NCBI RefSeq assembly: GCF_964204645.1
Contig: NC_134026.1
Coordinates: 16,402,150-16,466,149 of the forward strand
Direction of reading: 5' to 3'
DNA length: 64,000 bases
Source of the DNA: Tubulanus polymorphus
Taxonomy: Eukaryota; Animalia; Nemertea
The position numbers and the translations under genes were made by a program. Shown here one piece after another: positions 37,492 to 49,712 of the stretch (positions are counted from its first letter, which is position 1; every line of letters begins with the position of its first letter). Below the pieces are notes generated by a model. That model ran no database searches. It was not told the origin of the DNA and saw only the letters and a program-made list of their open reading frames with translations.

Positions 37492-38575
37492 TTATTCTTT
37501 TAATTTTACTAGATAAAATCCATTCATTAAATTTATCATCATATCCTTTATATTTCACCAAAGAATACTTTTTTCCTTTTAGAGTTTTTGTTTACAATAC
37601 TTTTTCTATTTTGTATTCTATTTCATCTGGATTTGGTACAAGTGATAATTCTTGTTCATAGAAATAACCTAATATTTCTTCGTCTTTTAGATCTTCTAAT
37701 TTATAAACAAAAGGTTTAGTTAATATTATCTTTTTAATCTTAAATATTTCTTCAGTAAAATTAGGGGTATAACCTTTATAAAATGTTTTTCTATATTTAG
37801 ATATTCTAACGTATCGTCCAATTTTAAATTTAGGTTCACCAAAATCATGTGTAACAAATGCTCCATATAAATTATTCCAAACTATTTCTGAATTATCTTC
37901 TTTTCTAGCTTGTATAGGTTTCATTTTTCTAGAACTATGTTTAGAACTATTATAACCTTTCACCAAATCATCTAACATATCGATATATTCGTATGTTTCA
38001 TTAGCAGTAAAATATTTCCACATTCTAGATTTCAATGTTTTATTAAATCTTTCTATAATAGATGCTTTTTTATCTGAATGTGTTGAAAAATAATCAACAT
38101 CGTTATCAGATAATAGTTTTTAAAAATGTTTGTTATAAAATTCCTTACCTTCATCAAATTGTATCTTACCTGGAATAGCTTCTTTAAATATAGATTTAAA
38201 AGCATTTGTTACTTCTATTCCAGTTTTATTTTTGATTGGAATTGACCATGCGTATCTACTGAATATGTCTGTAACATTTAATATCCAGAAATATCCTTTG
38301 TTGTATTCTTCTAAGTTCTTCATATCAATTAAATCTGCTTGCCATTGTTGATCAATATATGAAACCATAACTTTTCTCGTTAAATAAGTTTTATCCATTT
38401 TCTTGTGGATTTGATATGTTGGTTGATTTTGTAACCATGATTTCAATTCACTATATTTTACATTACCATTTTCTTTATCAGATTTAATTTTATTCCATAA
38501 TTCTGTAACGTTAGAATATGATACTTCACTTTCTGGGTTATAATATAACTCTCTTAAATATTGTTCTTTTTTCAT
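37484..38575 (-). pseudogene. Retroviral-like (rve) integrase with C-terminal chromodomain, two in-frame stops
   Basis: WQADLID, IQFDEGKEF, ASIIERFNKTLK; chromodomain EYKIEKVL...LVKYKGYDDKFNEWI; single frame of 364 codons. Confidence 0.93.
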
Positions 38576-38581
38576 CTTATT

Positions 38582-39552
38582 TTAATCCATTAATAATAAT
38601 TTAGATTTAGTTTCAATGGCTTTATGATTTGACTTATTTTCTGGTATGATAGGTTTATTGTCTGTACACGGATAACTAAGTTTCCGATTATGATTGGAAT
38701 CATCTTTATCATCAGATTTGAATTTTGATTTATATATTACACCGGATGATATAATAACTGTTACTAATCCAATTGTAATATATAAGTAATTATTTCTTCC
38801 AGCATTAGAATAATTAGATGGATTATTATTTGAATCAATAACAGATAATTTCTGTGATTCATTTATATCAGTCAATTTCTTTTTCTTAGCTTTTTTTAAT
38901 TCTGCAGATCTTTTACCTAATTCTCTTGCCCATTTAATTTGTTTCTCGGATTTAGTTAATTTTTGTTCTGATTCATTTTCTGTTTCACCGTTTGGTTGTA
39001 GTACAGCGTCATCTGTTTCGTTCTTACCTGATTTATATTCCATAGGCTTGATATTCGAAAATGTTATGACACCAGTAGAAATTAATGTCATAACCGATCC
39101 TAATTGAAATGAAGCATAACCAACCCATTTTTGTAATTCAGTCATAACTAAGTAGTCATTTTTCAAATCACTACATAATTTATTTTCATCATCAATTGAC
39201 ATTAACTGGTTACATAACTTAGAATAACATTTGACAATACCATCTGAAATAGAATCATTTATTCTAGCTAATGTAGCTTCTTCATAAATCTTAAAATATT
39301 TTATTACTTTATCTGGTTTCATAGTACTAATTCTTGAAAAGTAATAGTCTTAGTCAAAAATTGTTTAGATTTCCCGCCGGCAATTAATAATTCAAGATGG
39401 TGTTTACAATATAAGTAGTATTCATAATCTATATTGTTATTAACTTGAATATTATTTTCAATTTTGGTTGGAATATCCTTATTATCACTAATACCTAAAT
39501 CATCTAATGTTTTTTCAATATCAATATTATTCTTACTCGATTTCTTTGACAT
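38582..39552 (-). pseudogene. Hypothetical protein with TM segments (ORFs 39319-39552 and 38582-39322, probably one frameshifted gene)
   Basis: Overlapping ORFs with a single TAAATG start at 39552. Confidence 0.6.
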
Positions 39553-39800
39553 TTATATTAGAGAAATTTAATAAGAAAAATATTATAAGTATTATAAAAT
39601 GATACCAGTATCTCTTTAGATTAATACTAGCTTAGTTAAAGGTAAAAAAATTTAGTATTAGTTATTGTTTTTTTAGTATTTTTTATTTGTGATATAAAGT
39701 ATTCTTTTTTGAAAAGAAAATATTTAAAAAAACAATAACTAATACTAGCTAGTTGAAGATATGTAATTTTTAATACTTTTTATTTAAAATCTATTATTCT

Positions 39801-40466
39801 TTAACCACTCATTAAAGACTCAACGTATTGTTCATTATTTGGATCATTGTTCCATTGATCAATAAATTTCTTTGCCTTTGTTAACTGTTCTAAATATAAC
39901 TGTAAATCTAGTTTATTAGATTTTATTTTACTTTCTTTCTTTTCAAGAGGTCTTAAATTTTTCCAACCCCAAATAAGTTTTTTATTGTATTAATCATTCA
40001 TGTTAAATTTAGATATCGGTAATGTATGATCAATATGAAAATAATCTCCATAATTATCTATATTCATTTGACTATCGAATTGAAATATAATCCATGATTT
40101 GAGAAATTCATCTGAACAACCCAACAAATTAGATAATGTTTCTGAATGTGTTTCTTTGTTGAATAATTGTGTTAATCTAGATCTTAAGCATTGTTTCAAT
40201 CTAAAATTAAGATCTGTTTGATATCTTTCTCTCATATATTCTGCCATATAATAATTATAATGTTCTATATTATCTTCTCGGTATTGTTTGGTATATAGTT
40301 TAGTGCAAGTTTTACAGCAATATTGAAAACCATCTTTGCTAATCTTACGCTTACTAAATTCTGTTAATGATTTATCTAATTCACACTTAGAACACTTCTT
40401 GTAGTATATATTTATAACGCCGGTGTTATTTGTAATATTGATAGTTTGTGGTTGTTCTGGTTCCAT
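39801..40466 (-). pseudogene. HNH/endonuclease VII-like protein with an N-terminal zinc ribbon, one premature stop
   Basis: KCSKC...SKDGFQYCCKTC; FHIDHTLPISKF...WKNLRPL; frame continues past 39990 to 39801. Confidence 0.8.
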
Positions 40467-40648
40467 TTATTATACATATTTTTTTACTAAATTGGTTAAT
40501 ATTTTAGAATCCTCTTCCATTTCTTCGACCAACGTCATCCTTTTTCATTCCTCGCTGCTTTTGATAAGTCGTTTCGATTCCTTGATATCTAAATCATATC
40601 AGCTACAATACCCGCGTCACATGCGGGCATACAGGAGCGCTTTTGCTT

Positions 40649-40925
40649 AATGCGCATGCGCTAATCATAATTATATATTCATTTTATAAATTCTGTAAAA
40701 TAGAAACGACCGGCATAAAATATCAAAACGTGTTCGCATTAGGCAAGACCGGGCATTCAGGCCCGGTTTGGATCAATGCGCATGCGCTAATCATAATTAT
40801 ATATTCACTCTGTAAATTCTGTAAAATAGAAACGACCGGCATAAAATATCAAAACGTGTTCGCATTAGGCAAGACCGGGCATTCAGGCCCGGTTTGGATC
40901 AATGCGCATGCGCTAATCATAATTG
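40649..40925. repeat. 126-bp tandem duplication (2.2 units)
   Basis: AATGCGCATGCGCTAATCATAATT at 40649, 40775 and 40901. Confidence 0.92.
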
Positions 40926-41781
40926 AAACGACTGAACATAAAAATTCACCAAACAGATTTACACAATACACTATACAAGTATGTTCAGTCGTTTCTTCCA
41001 ATACATCATTTGATTTCTATATATAAAATCTATAATTACAAACATTTTTCAATTGCCGGTAAATATTTAACTACATCAACAAATGTTAAACTTAATCATT
41101 GGAGTCTTAATGTTTTTGAAATTCTCATATAGTTTCTTCGTTGATCTTTTGTGATTCTTGTGTTTCTTGTGCCAATTTCTATTGGTTAGATATCCATTGC
41201 TGTTGATTCCTCAGTCAGAAAGAGTATCTTGAGTTTCTCTATCGCTTCTTGATGCGTATGACGTTTTATTAATCTAAAAGATATTAGCGGTAACTCTAGC
41301 TATCTAAAATATATACTAAATACACGTAAATATATCTAAAGGTTTCATATTTAATAGCCCTAATAACTACAAAAAAAACAGTACTTACATTTAGATTTAG
41401 AATTGTAAACTATAAACTCCTAATTGCGTTTCGAGAGAGAATATCCTAAGCGTTATGTTACATCGTCTATTCAGTTCCGGTGCGATTTCGAAATGAACAC
41501 GTCGTCGATTATGCCACGTCATCTAGTTCCGGTACACCTTCTAAAATGTTCTACACGTTTGTGATTATGACGTGTCATCTCTATTCAGAGTTCCGGTACA
41601 CCTTCTAGAATATTCTACGCGTTTGCAATATTATGTCTCATATGTCTCGGCGTCATAGTAACAGCTGTAACAGCTGTGAATTTATAGATTTATTCAATAG
41701 TTCATTACATGAAATGTATATAGGCTCAAATAGAATCATGTTCTAGTATAAACAGCTATGTATTATATCATGTATATATGA

Positions 41782-42324
41782 ATTATTTCAATCACACTTT
41801 ACTAACACTTTTAATGTTTAAAAATCTAACTCATACAAATATAAATATTGAAATAATGTTTAAAATATATCTATATATCTATTCTATAAGAGCTCACACT
41901 TTTATATTGAATAATCTGTCAATTTAAATGTTATTCATATATATAAATATTTTAAGAGTAATAGGGGTTTAGTTGGTTTAGGTTAAAGGTTGAATGGTCG
42001 AGTTCATTAAAAAACAAATATTAAAAGTAATTTAAAACTATAATATATTTTCATAGCCGTGTGTATTTCAGTTGAATAATAGAATAATTATTATTATTAA
42101 AATATATTTGATTATATGAATTTGTGTATTGTAAATAAATCAATTGGTCGCGGAGCGGAGCGGTAAAATTTAAATTATTAATATCTTAGAATAAATATTT
42201 AGTCATAATATAAAATGCACACGGCTATGAAAATATATTATAGTTTTAAATTACTTTTAATATTTGTTTTTTAATGGGCTCGACCGTTCGACCTTTGGCT
42301 TGAACCAACTAAACCCCTATTACT
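41782..42324. repeat. Right TIR, containing the hairpin module 41957-42324
   Basis: Reverse complement of the left TIR with a deletion of about 28 bp in the hairpin spacer. Confidence 0.95.
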
Positions 42325-44672
42325 GATACACTCATCTTCACGTGGTACGGATATTACGTCAATTCATCAACACAGTGACAATGACGTTAGGATTCCTTCT
42401 TGCCTTTCAATATCTACGTTTTAGCAATCCTTCTGTATAGTGAGACTTGATGTAACATTCAATACTTTGATTCGACTGCCCGTCCATGTACCAAGACTTG
42501 TATCAGACATGTTATACCATCACTATCTGATCTAGATACATGACCTCCTCTCAAGCTAAGTTGAAATAGACAGTAGCCTATAAGCCAACTATTCAACACG
42601 CTAAATTCAAAAGAAAGTTCATAAATCGACCGATTCGAACAACAAATTCCAGTTTTAAAACGACATTTTTCACCAGGAAGCCAATTCACCGTTTCTCGAT
42701 ATCGGGGACCCGTTTTTTGTATCCACAAATAACAAGAGTTGATACCCTTGGTAGGCCAACCATCAGTAAGATACTTTGATACGATATTTTTCAGTGAAAT
42801 AACGACATGTATACCAGTTAGGCAGCCAACCTTTATACCATTCACTAATGACGTGCAAATTGGACTCACCCCAATCGAATTCGGTAAGTAACATTATAGA
42901 ACAAATTCAAAACTTAGAAATTAGAAATACATGTAATATCTAAAAATACTCCATCTATATGTTGACGAATTGATGTTATAATAGCAGTGTCGTGCCGCCC
43001 TAAACATCGTAGTTGGCTGATGTTTTATCATTGTGATAATTGTGGCGCGCTCTTGCCGTTATGGATAAGGGGCAGCTGATTTGGTTCTGCAAAAATTATA
43101 GATGGAGCTGGGGACTACGATTCGGCCAAATTAAATTCATAATGATCCATTACATTCAATGAATAGAATATAATGCGTTGTCAATTACAAACAACACCAA
43201 CCGGAAATCTATTACTTAATCCAATAGATGGTGACAGTGTAACATCGTACTAGCGCGTAAAAACAAACAGTAAACAATCATCATACAATTTCGCACAAAC
43301 ATTTACATCACATTACATAAACAACTACACAGCACACAAAACCGAAATAATTTGTTTTTGCGCGTTAAAAGTTTGTTTTTGCGTGATAATATTTGTGTGC
43401 ACGTTATCATGGAGGATGAAAAAATATTAATACGTCCCGAATCAGCCACCGTAGAGTTATAAACTCAAGATATAATAATTGATTATCAACTCGAACGTAG
43501 CGAGAGTTGCTATAGAATGGATTGGTATTTTGACAAACGACACATAATTCCTATCTCTTCTGAAGAAGACGGCAGCAGGTACACGTCTACTGATAGTCAC
43601 TAACTGACAACACTGTAGCCTTCAAATAGTGATCTGACGGACATTTGACTAGTTGTAAAGATAAATATATCAGACGAGGGCTGGAGGCTTTTCATGGGCT
43701 TGCAGGCTTGTAAGCCCATAGTGCTATCACACGGATTGATAACTTGCTTGGGGAGTCGATAACTTTCGTTAGAAACTTTCTTGGGCTCTGATCTGATATT
43801 TACACACTTTCAATGTAGTAATAGAATATAGGTTCCTTTCGTATATTGGCTATATCGGTTGTCGTTTTCATTGTTTTTTGATTTTGTTTAATCGCGTTCT
43901 TGATATTTCGCATACCAACCTTGGTAGAGCGTGCGTGACCAGTCTTGAAATTGGTATTCAAGCGCGGCATAGTACTGCCGACTATTCAATTCATTCTTTA
44001 TTGACACAACTAAAATTTAACTATAAAACTTACTTACGTTATTAGAAAATTCTTTTAATTTTCTTTTACTTTCATTGGGTGCTTGCGTTAGCGGCCATTT
44101 GACAAATCTCTGTATGGACATTAATATTTTTCAGTTTAAACATCTCAAACTTAAAAACTGCGGACCTAAAGTTTATCTTAAGAAATGCGCTCCTTGGTTT
44201 CACGTCATCACTGTTCTCAATTGTTGCGTTAAAAAAATCCAAGAATCACCGGCAAGTATCTGCATTTCATTTCCTTTAAAATGGTGTATAAATTAAGTTC
44301 ATTATTGAAATTATCGCAACGATGGGGACCTCGAGGAACCCCCACAAAATGGCGCCTAGATTGTATTTATTGTTGAGCAAATAAACTAAACTGTAACTAT
44401 CTGGGGCCGGTTGCTCAAAAGTTGGTTAACTCCTAACGCGTCGTTAAATCACTTAAGATCGGTTGCTCAAAGTTCGGTTGCTCAAAAGTTATCGTGTCGT
44501 TAAATACCCTTAACCAGTCGTTAAATTTAAACAACCTCCTGTAGCGGTTGCACGATAAGTTCGGTTGCTCAAAAGTTATCGTGTCGTTAAATACCCTTAA
44601 CCAGTCGTTAAATTTAAACAACCTCCTGTAGCCACGTTAACTGCTCAACGTGACCGTTAACTTCAATAGAAA

Positions 44673-46140
44673 ATGGCGCGACAACTTTTTTTGGGTGAAC
44701 ATTATGATAATTTAGTTTTGAATCGTAGACAACGGCCAACTATACTCGAGCTTCAGCTGCCAGATGAGGAACTGCGAAAAAAATATCGGCGCTATTGCAC
44801 TTTCGTACCCCCCTCCATAAAATTTTTATTTCAGCATATTTATTATCAGGGAAGTCTAGGGAGTCAAAATCAGTAACTTTTGACCCCAAAAACTTACTTT
44901 TTCTGGGATACAATCTTGTTATTTTGGGCCCTAAATCGCGTGTAAATTCGCCGATTCTCGACGTCAACAACGCCATATTGGATGTCAATCAAAGTTTCTA
45001 ACCCTCTACTGAAATGTCGACATTTGATACGTCAAAAACCGACGTCGAATTGATGTCACGTCACAACCAATTATCCTGGTCGAACTGTGCGACGTCAATC
45101 CGACGTAAGATAAATGTCATGTTACTAACATAACCAAACATCAACCAAAATCCGACGTTGTTTGTCGGTAATTTGCCAGCTGGGTCATGACATTAAAACT
45201 ATGCAAAACACCATGTTTTCAAACATAACCATCTCTGAAAATGACGCGTATGTTTGCATTATTTTCATACTTAGCTATTGATTTAAAGATGTTCTGATGA
45301 AGAAAAGTTATATGCCCAAAAACGAAATTTTGTCAATTCAATTCAATTAAATTTATTGAGATACATTTATTCAGATGTTTTTAGGTGGTAATTAGTGCGG
45401 AAACATGGCCGATCCGTCGGTTTGAATCGAGGAAATCGGCCCCAAATTATCAGAATTTTGGCTTGGAAAAAATTTTTGTCAAAAGTAATTTATTTTGACT
45501 CTACAGACCTCCCAGATTAATAATATACAGAAATAGAAATTTTTGGGAGGGGGTACGAAAGTGCAATAGCGCCCATTGTTGTTATTGACATATCTTGGAA
45601 AAGGTGAGTGAGTGTATAACCTTTGAGAAAATGCTTACTGAATTTTTGAAGCGACGGATTTTCATTGATTCGTAATTGACTGACGTGAAAATAGATACAC
45701 ACTTCCGGTAATGCAAGTGAGGCCTATAACGCGTATTGAAGATGGCTTGCAAAGGGAAACAAAAAGAAATCAAGCACGGAGTGCCCAAGAAATCGTCTTA
45801 GTATCGCTGCGCTTTCTAGCGAGTGGGGCATTTATGGCATTGATCGGGGATACATTTTAAGTTCAGAAGTCGACAGTATCTAGATGTCTTCAACGATTTT
45901 GTGAACTAATGACAAGTCAGTCAGGAGATAATGTCTAGATTTATTCGTTGGCCAATGACTGAGGAAGAGAAGAACAAGTCGAGGGATGGATTTTACCAGA
46001 TGGCTGGGTTTCCCAGAGTCATCGGAGTGGTTGATTGCACACATGTTCGAATCCAGTCACCCGGGGGCCCAAATGAACATACATATGTACATGCGAACAG
46101 AAAAAATTCCACAGTTTGAATGTGCAAGGAATATGTGATA
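44673..46140 (+). pseudogene. Harbinger (HARBI1-like) transposase 5' part, interrupted by a MITE
   Basis: LPDEELRKKYR...LRFLASGAF...KSTVSRC...FYQMAGFPRVIGVVDCTHVRIQSP...NVQGICD. Confidence 0.85.
44788..45573. mobile_element. MITE inserted in the Harbinger transposase
   Basis: TIR GGCGCTATTGCACTTTCGTACCCCC / GGGGGTACGAAAGTGCAATAGCGCC; no TSD recognised. Confidence 0.75.
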
Positions 46141-46739
46141 GTACCCGTAAGTAAGCGGCCTCGTAATTAATATGTGGTAAAACTTACCGTTGCCCTGGCA
46201 GATTGAATGATGGGATTTGATATACTTATTTTTGAAATGAGTGGGCACTAGCACAGGCACTTGAATATGGGCTTTGATAATGGATAAATATTTAATAATT
46301 CACCAGCGATACGTTGTTTCTACTTTGATAATCCGCCATGTTTTATAATATTTTACCCATGATGCAACGCGCGCCCGTCGTTTAACTATACTATACAGAA
46401 AGGCAGAAAACGATCCTATCTCGGTAATGCTTAAGGTTGTTTTGGAAATTTACTAGGTCTGGTATATTTTGGATTACTGTGTATGTCATTTGTCAGGACA
46501 TTAAACAGAAGACGACTTAGGATACTAACTTGCGTGACTCCACTAGTTAGACCGTCTCATTCCAAGATGAGGCGTTCCGTTGATTTCGGTTACAAGTTTC
46601 CGTTCAGAGATAACTGCTGAGCCATTTGGGCGACCTATCGTTGATACTGTTTCCTAATAGCCTGTTTAGTAATGGCTGATGTTGAGCCTTATCAAATGCT
46701 TTGTTGAAATCCCCCGTTGAACAGGATTCTAAGACTGTG

Positions 46740-48981
46740 CAGAAAAACCCGTTATCGCTGCTTTGCAGCTATATTTATCATTATTATTATATTCTTTTTC
46801 ACACTGGATCTTACTGAAAGCATATAAACTACTGCAACTTACTTTCACTGTCGGCGAATCAATTCTGTATCACAAGTACTACGCTGCATTGACATATACT
46901 GCGTATGATATTAATCAGAATGCCACTGTTTACTCACTGTGAGCCTCTAAACATCGAAATTTAAGCCCGATTCAAACAGTATCCATCTACGTATGTGTAT
47001 TGCCTGTGTGTCATTCCCACAGCGCGTCAGTATGTGTGTTTGTGTCAGTGTCCGTCAGTGTCAGCATTGATAGAGCTGGTGTACTAGATCAGTAGTTTTT
47101 TAGTATTTTTATCTCTTATACTATTGTGGCGCACTGAATGAGGTCAGTCTCGAGTGAACGCAACTGAGGAATTTAGCCTCGTTTGTGCCGCCTATACAAG
47201 CAATAGCAATCCTGGCAGTATCTTCCCTGTGTAGAGCTAATTAATGCAGCTATACGCGAGAGCCTGGATGATTATATTCTGCTAGCATTACAATATTCCT
47301 TGACGGATTTACTTGAAACTTTCGTGAGATGTACGGATCACAAGTACCTTGAGTTAAGTCGAAGGGATCTTTGATTGGGGACCCCGTTCACCCACCAGGG
47401 GCGTTTTACTTTTGAAAATTCTGACATCGAAAAGTTACTGTGTGAAAACAATGTTTGTCTTTGAGTTTTCAGCTTTAGCCGAGTACGAAAGTTGTTCATA
47501 ACAGCCTGGAGGCTAAAAAAGTCAATGGCACGCCCTATCTGCGATTAACCGTTTGGGCTCTACGGGCTCGAAAATGGGCCCCCAAATTTTTTAATGACAT
47601 TTTTCTCCTAGCTCCTTAACCGTTGGAGATAGAATCTTGGTTGCAACGAGTGATCAGTTGCCCTTGCGAAGACGCTTTTATTGATGTATGGTATAACTAT
47701 GTAACTCATATGGTTCTCCAGTAGCGCCACCTATAAGGCGCTGGAATACGCATTTTCATCTATATCGACTAAGGGTATCAATGGATTTCTATAAAAATTG
47801 ATACACATGTACCTGGTTACAAAACGAAACGAACCCCTCATATGATTAGTTCCCATTTTAACCACTAGGGGGCGTAACTTTTGAAAAATCGATTTCAGCA
47901 CCCATTTTTCGCATTAAATGCGGTCTGTTTATTATGAAAATCACAAAACTTGGTATAAGAACAATGTCATGGCAAAGAACATGCCATCCTGCATGATTAG
48001 TTCATACACCTGCTACCAGGGGACTGTGAAAACAACGATTTTTGCTCGAACCTATGAAAATGAAAATTGCCGATTAAACCTTTAGTATAGTCGAAATAGT
48101 TTGTTGCGAAAAAAGTATAGATACGCACTGTACTGTAAGTAGATGAATTTGACTAATTAACCTTAGACATATCCCCTGAGAAGTGTTCCGTATTCTAATA
48201 CTTATAGTACGAAATTAAACTAAAATTGATTTATGCCGATTGGAACTAGATGCCTAGAAAAAAAGAATTGTGAATCATACTATTTAAACCGGCGATAACT
48301 TTCTTGATCGTACGGTAGTATCTTATATCCAAATTCCTATAATTTTCTATCATCTTCATCTGACCACTAATTCGAGACAAAGAAGCAACTATATTACCTT
48401 CGGCTGACAAAAAGTTACCGTTATGCATTGTATCCACTGAAACAGCAGCAATGTTCACGATCTGTACGGCCATCTTGTCACAGGTGTAGTTGAATACGAT
48501 CTTCTCGTGAGGTCTACGTTCCAGTCACAATCAATAGTTTAACAGCTTCATCTGTACTGGTGTAAGTCACGAGGACGTAAATTCGGGTTCTCCCCATCTG
48601 TGACCGGCTGGTTGTTGTATCGGCAGGCTGGCTGGGGAACTAGCATTTACACCAGCGGTACAGGATTCCATCCATCAGGAACAACAAGGCAGTTAAACCT
48701 TATATGTACAATCTTTATTGCATCCCGGAATGAGAATGATTATCATAGCTTTACATATTCTTTATATACAGAATCATAAGTATAATGTGAGAACTACGTG
48801 TCAGACAAGTTGTAGACATCAGGACTCAAAAACAAACACCTAGTGACATGTTTGAGAGACATTAATTAATTATCGATGAGCACTGACTATAGCTTATTAT
48901 TGTGAAAACATGTTGAGTAATGTCACATGTTGATTACGACCTTAAAAGCACATATTGACACTATAGTCATAAGATATATTA

Positions 48982-49050
<69 letters not shown>

Positions 49051-49661
49051 CATTAATATGTAGTAGAGCTATGAAATGTTATGAACTGTTCGATATGACA
49101 TTGTAGATCTATATGATTATGAAATATGCAAATTATATCAGGGTGACACTTAACCGTTGGCGATAGAATCGAGGTTGCAATGTGTGGTTAGCAGCCCTTT
49201 TCAAGATACTTGTATTGATGTATGGTTCAAGTAGGTAACTTATATGGTTCTCCAGGAGCGCCACCTACATTTTGCTGGAAATGCATTTTCATTGATAGCT
49301 ACTAAGCGGATAAAGGGATCTCTATGCAAAAATTGATATACATGTACCTGGATATAAGATACAACGAATCCCTGACATAATTAGTTCCTATTCTAACCAC
49401 TAGGGGGCGTTAATGTTGAAAACTCATTCAGTTTTTTCGATTGTAATTCAGTAGTACGCTAACCGGCAAATTACCGACCACTTAGGCATGGTAAAAGTAC
49501 CGTATCTTCGTTATTCTCGTTGTCATTTCCCCTAACCTTGGTACATTAGAACTTTTCGCGTAGTATCCCATGTGAATCAACATAGCCATGTTATCAGCTG
49601 ACCCCTAGGTTGCGCTCCTCGTCCAGCAAGGCAGAAACCCGTTATCGCTGCTTTGCAGCTA

Positions 49662-49712
<51 letters not shown>

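Larger units (their letters stand above)
27275..42324 (+). mobile_element. Polinton/Maverick copy B, both ends present, 15,050 bp
   Basis: TSD GATACA at 27269-27274 and 42325-42330; AGT...ACT termini; TIRs of about 570 and 543 bp; pPolB, integrase, ATPase and penton-like genes. Confidence 0.97.

Noticed and set aside
40643-41026. 127-aa ORF with an internal duplication
   Set aside because: Arises from the 126-bp tandem repeat; TTG start and no TAAATG
27180-42360. Pre-insertion site reads VPREDECIFMGDF on the minus strand across the TSD, like an APE endonuclease motif
   Set aside because: Too short, lacks the following Asn, and has no supporting motifs nearby
42459-42869. 136-aa ORF with SLRGG...SDSD resembling a nucleotidyltransferase motif
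   Set aside because: No other cGAS/Mab-21 features are recognisable; needs a homology search
48246-48690. Exon-like minus-strand fragment between the 1.5-kb repeats
   Set aside because: Contains stops and no recognisable domain
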